From the NCBI GenBank assembly GCA_963724915.1, contig CAVRWJ010000001.1:56677-120676 (forward strand): DNA of 64,000 nucleotides, written 5' to 3'. Within the stretch, counting starts at the first letter, position 1. Each line of letters opens with the position of its first letter. This DNA is from an uncultured bacterium (GTDB taxonomy: Bacteria; Actinomycetota; Thermoleophilia; Solirubrobacterales; 70-9). The position numbers were made by a program, and so were the translations under genes. Positions 30,712 through 40,185 of the stretch are shown here, one piece after another. The notes under the pieces were generated by a model. The model made no database searches and had not been told where the DNA came from. It saw only the letters and a program-made list of their open reading frames with translations.

Positions 30712-32138
30712 GCCGGCGTAGCCCGGTGACGGCCCTCGCGGCGAGCCCGACCATGGTCGGCGCGGTCACCGTCCTGATCGCGACGGTCGCCGTGTTCCTG
30801 GCCTACAACGCGAACAGCGGCCTCCCGTTCGTGCCCAGCTACAACATCTCGGCCGAGGTCCCGAACGCGAACACCCTGGTCCCGGGCAACGAGGTCCGGA
30901 TCGGTGGCGTCCGCGTGGGCCAGGTGAGCGCGATCGAGCCGACCCTGCACGAGGACGGCACGCTGACGGCCGAGCTCGACCTGAAGCTCGACCAGGACGT
31001 GGACCCGCTGCCGGTCGATTCCACCGTGATCGTGCGCTCGCGCTCGGCGCTGGGGCTGAAGTACCTGGAGATCACCCAGGGGACGTCGAGCGACGGCTTT
31101 GCTGCCGGCGCGACGATCCCGGTCACGTCGGCCGTGCCGGAGCCGGTCGAGATCGACGAGTTCCTGAGCACCTTCGACGAACCGACCGCCCTCGCGATTC
31201 GCGCGAACCTGGTCGAGTTCGGCAACGCGCTCGCGGGGCGCGGCGACGATCTGAACGCCGCGCTGGTGGAGCTGCGCCCGCTGCTCCCGACGCTCGAGTC
31301 CGTCATGCGGGTCGTCGGCGACCCGGAAACCCGTCTCGACCGGTTCGTGACGGCGCTCGCGGCGACCGCGGCCGAGGTCGCTCCGGTCGCTGAGCAGCAG
31401 GCGCGCCTGTTCGTTTCGCTTGACACCACGTTCACGGCGCTGGCCGGCGTGGCGAGGCCGTTCATCCAGGAGACGATCGTCGAGTCACCGCCGACCCTCG
31501 ACCAGGGGATTCGCTCGCTGCCCGCGATCCGGCCGTTCCTCGACCACAGCGCCGCGCTCTTCGCCGATCTGCAGCCGGGGGTCGCGGCGCTCGCGGCGAC
31601 GTCACCCGCGATCGCCGACGCGCTCGAGGTCGGCGCGCCCGTGCTGCGGAACGCACCGGAGTTCAACGACGAGCTGGCGCCCACGGCCGCGTCCCTGTTC
31701 ACGTTCTCGCAGGACGGCGGGGTCAACGCCGGGATCGCGCGTCTGGAGGAGACGGCCGGCTTCCTCAGCCCGGCGCTCGAGCACATCGCCCCCGCCCAGA
31801 GCGTGTGCAACTACGCGTCGCTGCTGGCGCGCAACGCGTCGAGCGCGTTCTCCCTCGGGGACGGGCTGGGCACGTGGCAGCGTTTCACGGTCTTCGATCC
31901 GGCGAGCGGGCCGAACAGCGAGGGGAGCCCCTCGTCGGCGCCGGCCAACGGCGGCGGGACGGACGAGGGCAACTTCCTGCACTCGAACCCGTATCCGAAC
32001 ACGGCCTCGCCGGGACAGACGTTCGAATGCGAGGCGGGCAACGAGGGATATGCGATCGGTCAGCAGGTGATCGGCAACGTCCCCGGCAGCCAGAGCACCT
32101 TGACCGAGGAACAGCTTCCGGGGATGCGCGAGCGATGA
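30708..32138 (+). CDS. MCE-family protein, 3 of 6
   Basis: TM segment MVGAVTVLIATVAVFLAY and core GNEVRIGGVRVGQVSAIEP. Confidence 0.9.
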   Translation: MSRRSPVTALAASPTMVGAVTVLIATVAVFLAYNANSGLPFVPSYNISAEVPNANTLVPGNEVRIGGVRVGQVSAIEPTLHEDGTLTAELDLKLDQDVDPLPVDSTVIVRSRSALGLKYLEITQGTSSDGFAAGATIPVTSAVPEPVEIDEFLSTFDEPTALAIRANLVEFGNALAGRGDDLNAALVELRPLLPTLESVMRVVGDPETRLDRFVTALAATAAEVAPVAEQQARLFVSLDTTFTALAGVARPFIQETIVESPPTLDQGIRSLPAIRPFLDHSAALFADLQPGVAALAATSPAIADALEVGAPVLRNAPEFNDELAPTAASLFTFSQDGGVNAGIARLEETAGFLSPALEHIAPAQSVCNYASLLARNASSAFSLGDGLGTWQRFTVFDPASGPNSEGSPSSAPANGGGTDEGNFLHSNPYPNTASPGQTFECEAGNEGYAIGQQVIGNVPGSQSTLTEEQLPGMRER

Positions 32139-33697
32139 GGTTCGGCCGCGACAAGACGCCTCATGCGCCGGGCACCGATCCGCGCTCCCGCGGGCTCGAT
32201 CCACGGGTCTGGGGCCAGCACTACAGGGGCCGCGGCCCGGTTCAGCTCGGGCTCATCATGGTCGTTCTCCTCGTGGTCGGCTCGTACCTGGCTTACACGA
32301 AGACGATCCCGTTCACCGACCCGGGATATGAGGTGTCTGCGACGTTCGAGAATGCCGCCACGCTGAGGGCCACGAACCCCGTGCGAATCGCCGGAGTGAA
32401 CGTCGGCAAGGTGACCGACGTCGAGCCGGCGGGCGACGCCGCGAAGGTCACGTTCACGGTCGAGGAATCGGGATTGCCGATCCACGAGGACGCCACGATC
32501 GAGATCCGGCCGCGCCTGTTCCTCGAGGGCAACTTCTTCCTCGAGCTCAGCCCGGGGAGCCCGAGCGCGCCCGAGCTGCCGGACGGCGGCACGATCCCGA
32601 TCACCCAGACGGCGACCGCGGTGCAGCTCGACCAGGTGCTCTCGGCGCTGACCGGGGACGTGCGACTGAACCTGCGCCGACTGCTCGAGGGTTACGGCAC
32701 GGCGCTCACCCACGAGCCCACCGTGGCTGACGACCGGACGCAGGATCCCGACTCGCAGGGTGACACGGCGGCCGAGTCGCTCAACGACTCGTTCGAGTAC
32801 GGCGGCGCGGCCGGACGGGGAGCCGCGATCGTGAACGACGCGCTGATCGGCGAGCAGCCCGGAGACCTCGCCGGGCTGATCGCAGCGCAGAGGGACGTGT
32901 TCCAGAAGCTATCGGGCGTCGAGGCTGAGCTCCAGGACCTGATCACGAACTTCAACACCACGACGGGGGCGCTCGCCGCCGAGCAGGACAACCTCAGCCG
33001 CTCGATTGCCGAGCTGGCGCCGACGCTCGAGGAGGCCCGGCCCTCCCTGGCCGAGCTGAGCGACGCCCTGCCGCCGCTTCGCGCGCTCGCGCTGGCGCTC
33101 GAGCCCAGCCTACGCGAGCTGCCGGCGACGATCGCCGCGGCCGACCCGTGGCTCAATCAGGCCCGGCTGCTCCTGCGCGACTCCGAGCTGGGCGGGGCCG
33201 CCCAGCTCCTGGCGAGCGCGACGCCCCATCTGGCGCAAACCGCGCACTTCGCCGGCGGCCTCTTCGACGAGATCGGCCTCCTGAGTCGCTGCGCGACCGA
33301 TGTCCTCGAGCCGAGCGGGAACCTGGTGGTGAACGACGACGTCTCATCGGTTCTGCCGGGCACCGACTTCTCGACCGGGCAGCCCAACTTCTACGAGTTC
33401 CTCTACGCCCTCGTCCAGCAGACGGGCGAGACCCAGAACTTCGACGGGAACGGCCGCTACCTGCGCTTCCAGTCGGGCGGCGGCGGCCAGCTGGTGCAGA
33501 CCGACCAGCCGGGCGGCGGCTTCGAGAACACCCGCAACTTCGGCAACGCGTTCGAGGTCCCGGCGGGCGTGCGGCCGGTCGTGGACGGCGACCTGCCCCC
33601 GTTCCGCATGGACGTGGACTGCTTCGCGAACGACCTCCCCGACGTGAACGGCCCGCAGGCCGCCATCGGCCTTCCGAGCCCGAGGAGCGCACCATGA
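32135..33697 (+). CDS. MCE-family protein, 4 of 6
   Basis: ATG at 32135 inside track ORF 31805-33697. TM segment LGLIMVVLLVVGSYLAY and core TNPVRIAGVNVGKVTDVEP. Confidence 0.9.
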   Translation: MRFGRDKTPHAPGTDPRSRGLDPRVWGQHYRGRGPVQLGLIMVVLLVVGSYLAYTKTIPFTDPGYEVSATFENAATLRATNPVRIAGVNVGKVTDVEPAGDAAKVTFTVEESGLPIHEDATIEIRPRLFLEGNFFLELSPGSPSAPELPDGGTIPITQTATAVQLDQVLSALTGDVRLNLRRLLEGYGTALTHEPTVADDRTQDPDSQGDTAAESLNDSFEYGGAAGRGAAIVNDALIGEQPGDLAGLIAAQRDVFQKLSGVEAELQDLITNFNTTTGALAAEQDNLSRSIAELAPTLEEARPSLAELSDALPPLRALALALEPSLRELPATIAAADPWLNQARLLLRDSELGGAAQLLASATPHLAQTAHFAGGLFDEIGLLSRCATDVLEPSGNLVVNDDVSSVLPGTDFSTGQPNFYEFLYALVQQTGETQNFDGNGRYLRFQSGGGGQLVQTDQPGGGFENTRNFGNAFEVPAGVRPVVDGDLPPFRMDVDCFANDLPDVNGPQAAIGLPSPRSAP

Positions 33698-35022
33698 GGC
33701 GCGCGATCCGAGAGCACCTGCGCGATTTCATCGCGATCCTGGCATTGCTCGCGATCGCGCTGGTGACGACCAGCGTGATCCTCTCCAAGCAGCGCGTGAC
33801 ATTGCCTGCCTGGGTGCCGATCGTCGGCGAGGAGCGCTTCGACATGGAGATCGAGCTGAGCTCCGCCCAGGCCGTCATTCCCGGCCAGGGCCAGTCCGTG
33901 AACGTCTCGGGCATCAAGGTGGGCGACGTCACCGACGTCGAGGTTGAGGACGGCAGGGCCATCGTCACGGTCTCGCTGGAGCCCGAGCAGGCAGAGGTCA
34001 TTCACGAGGACGCGACCGTCCTCTTGCGGCCGCGCACCGGCCTCCAGGACATGACGCTGGAGGTGGATCCCGGCACGGAAGAGTCGCCGCCCATCGAGGA
34101 GGGAGCGCGCCTTACCTCGGAGGCGACAGCTCCCAACGTTCAGCCGGATGAGATTCTTTCCTCGCTCGACCGCGACACGCAGGACTACCTGCAGCTGCTC
34201 GTCATGGGCGGCGGCGAGGGACTCGGCGGCCATGGCGAGGAGCTCTCGGCCGGGCTCCGGAGGATCGAGCCGCTCGCGCGCGACATCGCACGGATCAACA
34301 AACTGCTCGTGGAGCGCCGCCGCAACATCGCTCGCGCCGTGACCAACTTCAAGCTCGTCTCCCAGGAGCTCGGAGCGCGCGACACGCAGCTCGCCGAGTT
34401 CGTCGACTCGTCGAACGCGGTGATGAGCTCGTTCGCCAGCCAGGAGGCGAACCTGCGCGCCTCGCTCCAGGAGCTTCCCGGCGCTCTGGTGGAGACCCGC
34501 GCGGCGCTCGAGTCCGGCGAGCGGCTGGCGCGCACGCTGGGGCCCGCGGCCACCGCGCTGATCCCATCGGCCCAGGCGCTCGGGCCGGCCCTGCGCGAGT
34601 CGCAGCCGTTCTTCCAGCAGACCCTCGCGCCGATCCGCGACCAGATCCGCCCGTTCACCCGGGCGACGCGAACGCCCCTCCGCCACATCGAGCAGGGAGC
34701 CGAGCCGCTCGCTGCGACGACCAAGGGCTTGAACGGCGGCATCGCCGAGCTGAACAACCTCGTGAACGCGCTCGCGTACAACCCCGCGGGCGCCGAGGAG
34801 GGCTACCTGTTCTGGCTCAGCTGGCTGAACCACAACACGAACAACATGTTCTACGCACAGGACGCGAACGGGCCGCTTCGCCGCGGCATCGTCCTTCAGT
34901 CCTGCCAGACCGCCGACCTCGCCGAGGGCTTCGCCGCGAGCCGGCCGTTCCTGCGCACCCTCCAGCAGGTGAGCAACGTCCCCGCGAGCCCCACGATCTG
35001 CCCGATCACGCCCCTCCCATGA
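33694..35022 (+). CDS. MCE-family protein, 5 of 6
   Basis: ATG at 33694 inside track ORF 33148-35022. TM segment FIAILALLAIALVTTSVIL and core GQSVNVSGIKVGDVTDVEV. Confidence 0.9.
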   Translation: MRRAIREHLRDFIAILALLAIALVTTSVILSKQRVTLPAWVPIVGEERFDMEIELSSAQAVIPGQGQSVNVSGIKVGDVTDVEVEDGRAIVTVSLEPEQAEVIHEDATVLLRPRTGLQDMTLEVDPGTEESPPIEEGARLTSEATAPNVQPDEILSSLDRDTQDYLQLLVMGGGEGLGGHGEELSAGLRRIEPLARDIARINKLLVERRRNIARAVTNFKLVSQELGARDTQLAEFVDSSNAVMSSFASQEANLRASLQELPGALVETRAALESGERLARTLGPAATALIPSAQALGPALRESQPFFQQTLAPIRDQIRPFTRATRTPLRHIEQGAEPLAATTKGLNGGIAELNNLVNALAYNPAGAEEGYLFWLSWLNHNTNNMFYAQDANGPLRRGIVLQSCQTADLAEGFAASRPFLRTLQQVSNVPASPTICPITPLP

Positions 35023-35056
35023 TCCGCCACTCCCACACCCACACGAGCAGCGCCTG

Positions 35057-36598
35057 ATGGAGACCAAGCCACCCACAGCGGGACGAATCCTGATCGCCGT
35101 CGGCTTCGCGGTCTCGTGCTTCGGGCTCGCCCTGTTCCTCTGGGTTGCGTTCGGCGGGCCGATCCCGCTCAACCCCGAGGGCTACCGCGTCACCGTGCCG
35201 TTTGCCGAGGCAACGCAGCTCGGGGTCGAGGCCGACGTGCGGATCTCCGGCGTCTCGGTCGGCAAGGTCAAGCGAATCGAGCTGAACGACGAGGGCATGG
35301 CCGACGCGACCCTGGAGCTGGAATCGGCGTACGCGCCGATTCCCTCGGACACCCGGGCGACCCTGCGGGCGAAGACGCTCCTCGGGGAGACCTATGTCGA
35401 GCTCACGCCGGGCTCCGAGGAGAGCGGATCGCTTGCAGAGGGGGGTTCGATTCCCGCGGCGCAGGTGGCCGAGTCGGTTCAGCTCGACGAGATCTTCCGG
35501 ACGTTCGATCCGCCGACGCGCGCGGCGTTCCAGACGTGGATGCAGTCGCAGGCGCTCGCCTTCGCGGGCCGGGGCGACGACTTCTCGGCGGCGATCGCGG
35601 GGCTTGAGCCCTTCGCCGAGGAGGCTGACAAGGCGCTCCGCGTGCTCGACTCGCAGAGCCTGGCGACGCAGCGCCTGATCCGCGACGGCGGCGAGGTCTT
35701 CGCGGCGCTGTCCGAGCGGCAGGGCCAGCTCCGCGGGCTGATCGAGAACTCGGACACCGTGTTCGCGACCACCGCAAGCCGGAACGCCGACCTGGCCGAG
35801 ATCTTCCGCATCTTCCCCACCTTCCTGCGCGAATCACGGGCGACGCTCGCGCGGCTCGAGACGTTCGCGCGCGACTCGGATCCGGTGGTTCAGCAGCTTC
35901 GGCCGGCAGCGCGCGAGCTGTCGCCCACGTTCATCGCGCTCGGGGAGCTGGCGCCCGACCTCGAGTCGTTCCTACGCGGCTTCGGCCGCGCGACCGGCGC
36001 TGCGAACGACGGCTTCGCGGCGCTGCGCGGCCTCCTCGACAACCAGCTGCCGCCGCTGCTTGCGCGTCTCGACCCGTACATGCAGCAGGCCAACTCGATC
36101 CTCGAGGGCGTGAACCTCTATCGGCGGGAGATCACCGCGTTCCTCGGCAACGTGACCGCGGCGACGAACGCCTTCCTCGGCCGGTCCGACGACCTGACGC
36201 CGTTGCACAGCATCCGCACCGAGGCGCCGTTCTCGCCAGAGCTCTTCGCCGCCCTCCCGCAGCGCCTGCGCTCGACGCGGACGAACCCGTATACGAGGCA
36301 GGGCCAGTTCCTGCCGGGCTCATTGAACGTTTTCGACAACGCGAACTGCGCGGGCGGCATCGAAGCGCTGCTGCCGGATCGCACCGTGACCGCGAATGAC
36401 CCCAACTTCAACATCCGCACGGCCGGCGACGTCACCGAGGCCGAGTCCCTCTACGACCGCATCCTGGAGTTCGCATTCGTGGGCCAGCCCGACACCGACG
36501 ACGTGCCGGCTCCGCCCTGCACGCTGCAGAGCGACTTCCAGTCGATCGGGATCTCGCCGGAGCTGACCCGCTACCTCCACGTGCGCGAACAGCCGTGA
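35057..36598 (+). CDS. MCE-family protein, 6 of 6
   Basis: TM segment ILIAVGFAVSCFGLALFLWVAF and core EADVRISGVSVGKVKRIEL. Confidence 0.9.
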   Translation: METKPPTAGRILIAVGFAVSCFGLALFLWVAFGGPIPLNPEGYRVTVPFAEATQLGVEADVRISGVSVGKVKRIELNDEGMADATLELESAYAPIPSDTRATLRAKTLLGETYVELTPGSEESGSLAEGGSIPAAQVAESVQLDEIFRTFDPPTRAAFQTWMQSQALAFAGRGDDFSAAIAGLEPFAEEADKALRVLDSQSLATQRLIRDGGEVFAALSERQGQLRGLIENSDTVFATTASRNADLAEIFRIFPTFLRESRATLARLETFARDSDPVVQQLRPAARELSPTFIALGELAPDLESFLRGFGRATGAANDGFAALRGLLDNQLPPLLARLDPYMQQANSILEGVNLYRREITAFLGNVTAATNAFLGRSDDLTPLHSIRTEAPFSPELFAALPQRLRSTRTNPYTRQGQFLPGSLNVFDNANCAGGIEALLPDRTVTANDPNFNIRTAGDVTEAESLYDRILEFAFVGQPDTDDVPAPPCTLQSDFQSIGISPELTRYLHVREQP

Positions 36599-36769
36599 GC
36601 AGGGTCGCAGCACAAGTTCCGTAGTTTCCCGCAACTTCGTTGCAGCAACTCCGCGGATGTCTGCGGGTTTCAGACGATGCGGACGACGCGGCAAAGCGTC
36701 AGTCTCTCCAAGAGGTTGGAGAGAACCGCGTGGCGGCACGCCACGTGACACACCATCAAGGAGGAATTA

Positions 36770-37543
36770 GTGACCCGCAGGTTTCACATGATCCTGGCTG
36801 GGGCCCTCGTGCTCGCGGTCGGGATCACCGGCATCGCGCTCGGCACGGCGGCCGAGCAGGTTTCGACGATCGACGGCAAGATCACGAAGTCGAAGCAGGA
36901 CAAGAAGAAGTACAAGAAGGCCAAGCTCTTCACGCGCGTGACGACGGCCACCCAGGACGGCGATCCGTTCATCCCGTCGGCGCCGACCGAGCAGATCTTC
37001 ATCGACTTCGACGATGACATCAAGATCAAGCTGGGCGGGGTCCCCGAGTGCTCGCAGAACCTGAACGGCACCGACACCACCGAGGCGAGGGCGCTGTGCC
37101 CGAACTCGATCGTGTCGACCGACTCGCCCAAGAACGCGGCGAAGGCGCGGGTCCCGAGTGCGGGCGGGCCGATCGAGGTTGCGGATCTGACCGTCACCGC
37201 CTTCCACGGCGTGGGCAACCAGCTCCTGCTGCACGCGTTCAGCCCGACGCTGACCGACGCCAACACGCAGGTCGTGATCGGCAGCATCATCAACTCACCG
37301 CTCCCCGGCGGCGACTTCGGCAAGCGCCTCTCGGTGACCGATGTCCCGGACGCCGCGGGCGACCAGGGCGCGCTCGTCGATTTCGGCGCGGAGATCAAGC
37401 GCGGTGGCGTGATCAAGGCCCGCTGCAAGGACGGAAACAAGAAGTGGAACTTCCGTACTCAGTGGAACTACGAGAGCGCTGATGGCACGGACACCGGCAC
37501 CGATTTCGGCGCCGACAAGCAGACCTGCAAGGTGAAGAGGTAG
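36770..37543 (+). CDS. secreted hypothetical protein with Lys-rich segment, immediately downstream of the mce genes
   Basis: GTG preceded by AAGGAGG. Signal-like MILAGALVLAVGITGIALG, then KITKSKQDKKKYKKAK. Four Cys residues. No family recognised. Confidence 0.6.
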   Translation: MTRRFHMILAGALVLAVGITGIALGTAAEQVSTIDGKITKSKQDKKKYKKAKLFTRVTTATQDGDPFIPSAPTEQIFIDFDDDIKIKLGGVPECSQNLNGTDTTEARALCPNSIVSTDSPKNAAKARVPSAGGPIEVADLTVTAFHGVGNQLLLHAFSPTLTDANTQVVIGSIINSPLPGGDFGKRLSVTDVPDAAGDQGALVDFGAEIKRGGVIKARCKDGNKKWNFRTQWNYESADGTDTGTDFGADKQTCKVKR

Positions 37544-37585
37544 GTCGGATCGGTATCCGGCTGACTCGTCAGCCAAGCTGAGAAA

Positions 37586-37611
37586 GGGGCGGCCTCCGGG
37601 CCGCCCCTTTT
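37586..37611 (+). terminator. Rho-independent terminator
   Basis: GGGGCGGCC-tccg-GGCCGCCCC followed by TTTT, about 45 nt after the stop at 37543. A second 7-bp hairpin (GGCTGAC/GTCAGCC) lies at 37559-37574. Confidence 0.85.
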
Positions 37612-37644
37612 CGTTGCCCTGTCGGCGGCCGGCGTCTAGGCTTC

Positions 37645-37905
37645 ATGCCGATGGCGACCAGGCGCGACGCACGGTTGATCTCGCTCGGCTACGGACGCTT
37701 CGTCCGCGCAGACCGCGTCTTCGCGCTGATCCCGCTCGGCCCGGACGAGCGCGGCGAGGGCCGGCGCACGTACGTCCACGTCGACGGCATCTCCGAGCCG
37801 CTGGTCGCCTCCCGCTCCGAGCGGGCGATCCGCGAGGACGTCGAAGCGGCGCTGGCCGAGGCGGCCGGCATCCCGCCGCGCCGCCCGCCACGCGGGCAGG
37901 AGTAG
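37645..37905 (+). CDS. DUF370/RemA-like small protein (shortened variant)
   Basis: LISLGYGRFVRADRVFALIP and GRRTYVHVDGISEPLVASRSERAI resemble RemA LINIGFGNxxxANRxxxIV and GRRTRAVxxxDSxHxxLSA. About 17 residues are missing between the two blocks. Confidence 0.5.
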   Translation: MPMATRRDARLISLGYGRFVRADRVFALIPLGPDERGEGRRTYVHVDGISEPLVASRSERAIREDVEAALAEAAGIPPRRPPRGQE

Positions 37906-37944
37906 CCACGCGGCCTGCCGCGGGCCGGGTAGCCTGACCCGCCC

Positions 37945-39465
37945 GTGGCCTTCTACGTCACCACCCCGATCTTCTACGTCAACGCCGAGCCCCATCTGGG
38001 GCACGCGTACTCGGTGATCGCGGCGGACATCTTCGCGCGGCACATGCGGCAGCGCGGGGAGGACGTGTTCTTCCTGACGGGCACGGACGAGCACGGGGAG
38101 CCGGTCGAGCTGGCGGCCGAGCGCGAGGGGATCAGCCCGCAGGAGCTGGCCGACCGCCACGCGCCGCGCTTCGAGGCGATGGCGCGGTCGGTCAACGCCA
38201 CCAACGACTTCTTCATCCGCACCTCGGACGAGCGCCACACCGACCGGGTCGCCGAGATCATGCAGCGCGTCCACGACAACGGCCACGTCTACGAGGGCGT
38301 GTACGAGGGCTGGTACTGCCCGCGGTGCGCCGCGTTCTACACGGAGCGCGAGCTCGGGCCCGGCAACACCTGCCCGATCCACGAAATCCCGCTCGAGCGC
38401 GAGCGCGAGCAGAACTGGTTCTTCCGCCTGTCGGCGTTCGAGGACGACCTCAAGCGGCTGTATGAGGGGCGTCCCGAGTTCGTCGTGCCCGGCTTCCGGC
38501 GCAACGAGGCGGTCTCGTTCATCGAGCAGGGCCTGGAGGACGTCTCGCTCTCGCGGCCGAAGCTGCGGTGGGGAATGAAACTCCCCTGGGATCAGTCGCA
38601 GCGGATGTACGTGTGGTTCGACGCGCTCCTCAACTACGTCACGGCGCTCTCGTTCGCGCGCGAGGGCGAGGATCTGACCGAGCGCTACTGGCCGGGCGCG
38701 TTCCACGTGCTCGGGAAGGACATCCTCAAGTTCCACGCGGTGATCTGGCCGGCGCTGCTGATGGCGGCCGGGCTCGAGCCCCCGCGCGGCATGGTCATCC
38801 ACGGCTACCTGCTGCTGGGCGAGAAGAAGATGTCGAAGTCGCTCGGCAACGTCCTCGACCCGTTCGAGGCGATCGAGCGGTTCGGCGCCGACGCGCTGCG
38901 CTTCTACTGCTTCCGCGAGGTGTCGTTCGGGCAGGACGGCGCGGTCTCGGCGCCCGGGTTCGAGGCCCGCTACGAGACCGAACTGGCGAACGATCTCGGC
39001 AACCTCGCGAGCCGGACGCTGGCGATGCTCGACCGGTACCGGGACGGCGCGGTGCCCGACGCGGAGATCGATCCCGCCCTGGCGGAGGGCGAGGGCGGCT
39101 TGGACGGGCTGGCGGCCGAGGTCAGCGACCTGATCGACCGGGCGGAGCCGAGCCAGGCGCTCGGGGCGATCTGGGAGCGGGTGCGGCGCCTGAACCGCTA
39201 CGTCGAGGAGACGCGGCCGTGGGACCTGGCGAAGGACGAGGCGAGCGCCGGCCGGCTCGACCAGGTGCTGCTCAACCTCGCCGAGGGCCTGCGCGTGGTG
39301 ACGCTGGCGCTGCTGCCGTTCATCCCCGAGTCGGCGGACAGCCTGCTCGACGCGCTCGGCGAGGAGGGGCGCGGGCTGGCCGAGTTCGGCTCGCGCGGAG
39401 GTGGTGCCAGGACGCGACGGATCGAGCCACTGTTCCCGAAGCTCGAAGCGGCCGACCCGGTCTAG
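37945..39465 (+). CDS. metG: methionine--tRNA ligase
   Basis: Intact 506-aa ORF with GTG start: TTPIFYVNAEPHLGHAYS (HIGH) and KMSKSLGN (KMSKS). Confidence 0.95.
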   Translation: MAFYVTTPIFYVNAEPHLGHAYSVIAADIFARHMRQRGEDVFFLTGTDEHGEPVELAAEREGISPQELADRHAPRFEAMARSVNATNDFFIRTSDERHTDRVAEIMQRVHDNGHVYEGVYEGWYCPRCAAFYTERELGPGNTCPIHEIPLEREREQNWFFRLSAFEDDLKRLYEGRPEFVVPGFRRNEAVSFIEQGLEDVSLSRPKLRWGMKLPWDQSQRMYVWFDALLNYVTALSFAREGEDLTERYWPGAFHVLGKDILKFHAVIWPALLMAAGLEPPRGMVIHGYLLLGEKKMSKSLGNVLDPFEAIERFGADALRFYCFREVSFGQDGAVSAPGFEARYETELANDLGNLASRTLAMLDRYRDGAVPDAEIDPALAEGEGGLDGLAAEVSDLIDRAEPSQALGAIWERVRRLNRYVEETRPWDLAKDEASAGRLDQVLLNLAEGLRVVTLALLPFIPESADSLLDALGEEGRGLAEFGSRGGGARTRRIEPLFPKLEAADPV

Positions 39466-39477
39466 CGGGCCCGGGGG

Positions 39478-40185
39478 ATGCGCTACTTCCTGAAGACGGT
39501 GATCGGGCTGGGCCTGATGGTCGCGGCCATCGTCGCGGTCTCCTACGCGGTCTACCAACTGCTTCAGATCGGCACCTGCGCATCCGGCGGCCCGTACGTC
39601 TCGGCGCGGCAGTGCCCGACGGGCACGGAGCGCCTCGGCCTCACGATCCCCGTCGCGATCTTCGCGCTGCTCGGCGGCACCGGCCTGTACGCCACGCGTG
39701 GGGCGGCGCCGGGCTCGAGCCGCAAGGGCGAGGCCGGCTACGCGCTGGCGGTGCTCTGGGCGGGGCTGTTCCTGGGGATCGCGTTCGCCTGCTTCTGGGG
39801 CGTATGGGGACCGGACGCAAACCCCGGGCCGGGCGGCAAGACCGGCGGCCTGATCGTCGGCTTCCTGTTCGTCCCGATGGGGCTGCTCGGCGTAATCCCG
39901 ATGCTCTCCGCGGGCAAGGCGGCGAGCGCGGCGAGCGAGGCGTCCGGGATCGGCGTCGGCGACGCGGTCAAGCTCGTCCGCGGCGCCCGCAGCGTGGACT
40001 TCGGCGACCTGGTCGGCGAGATCCAGGCGAAAGCCCAGGCGCCTGCGACGGGAACGGACCCGACGACCGGCTCCGACACGACGGCCGTGGTCGCCGAGCT
40101 CGAGCGGCTGCAGAAGCTGCGCGAGGCGGGGGCGATCGACGAGGCCGAGTTCCAGCGGCTGAAGAACAGGGTGATGCCGTCGTGA
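39478..40185 (+). CDS. membrane protein with C-terminal SHOCT domain
   Basis: Four hydrophobic segments, then VVAELERLQKLREAGAIDEAEFQRLKNRV (SHOCT pattern). Confidence 0.65.
   Translation: MRYFLKTVIGLGLMVAAIVAVSYAVYQLLQIGTCASGGPYVSARQCPTGTERLGLTIPVAIFALLGGTGLYATRGAAPGSSRKGEAGYALAVLWAGLFLGIAFACFWGVWGPDANPGPGGKTGGLIVGFLFVPMGLLGVIPMLSAGKAASAASEASGIGVGDAVKLVRGARSVDFGDLVGEIQAKAQAPATGTDPTTGSDTTAVVAELERLQKLREAGAIDEAEFQRLKNRVMPS

Noticed and set aside
37636-39558. 640-aa ORF on the minus strand, the longest antisense ORF in the window
   Set aside because: It lies exactly antisense to the intact metG gene, is Arg/Pro/Gly/Asp-rich with no motif, and is the usual shadow ORF of high-GC DNA. metG fully explains the region.
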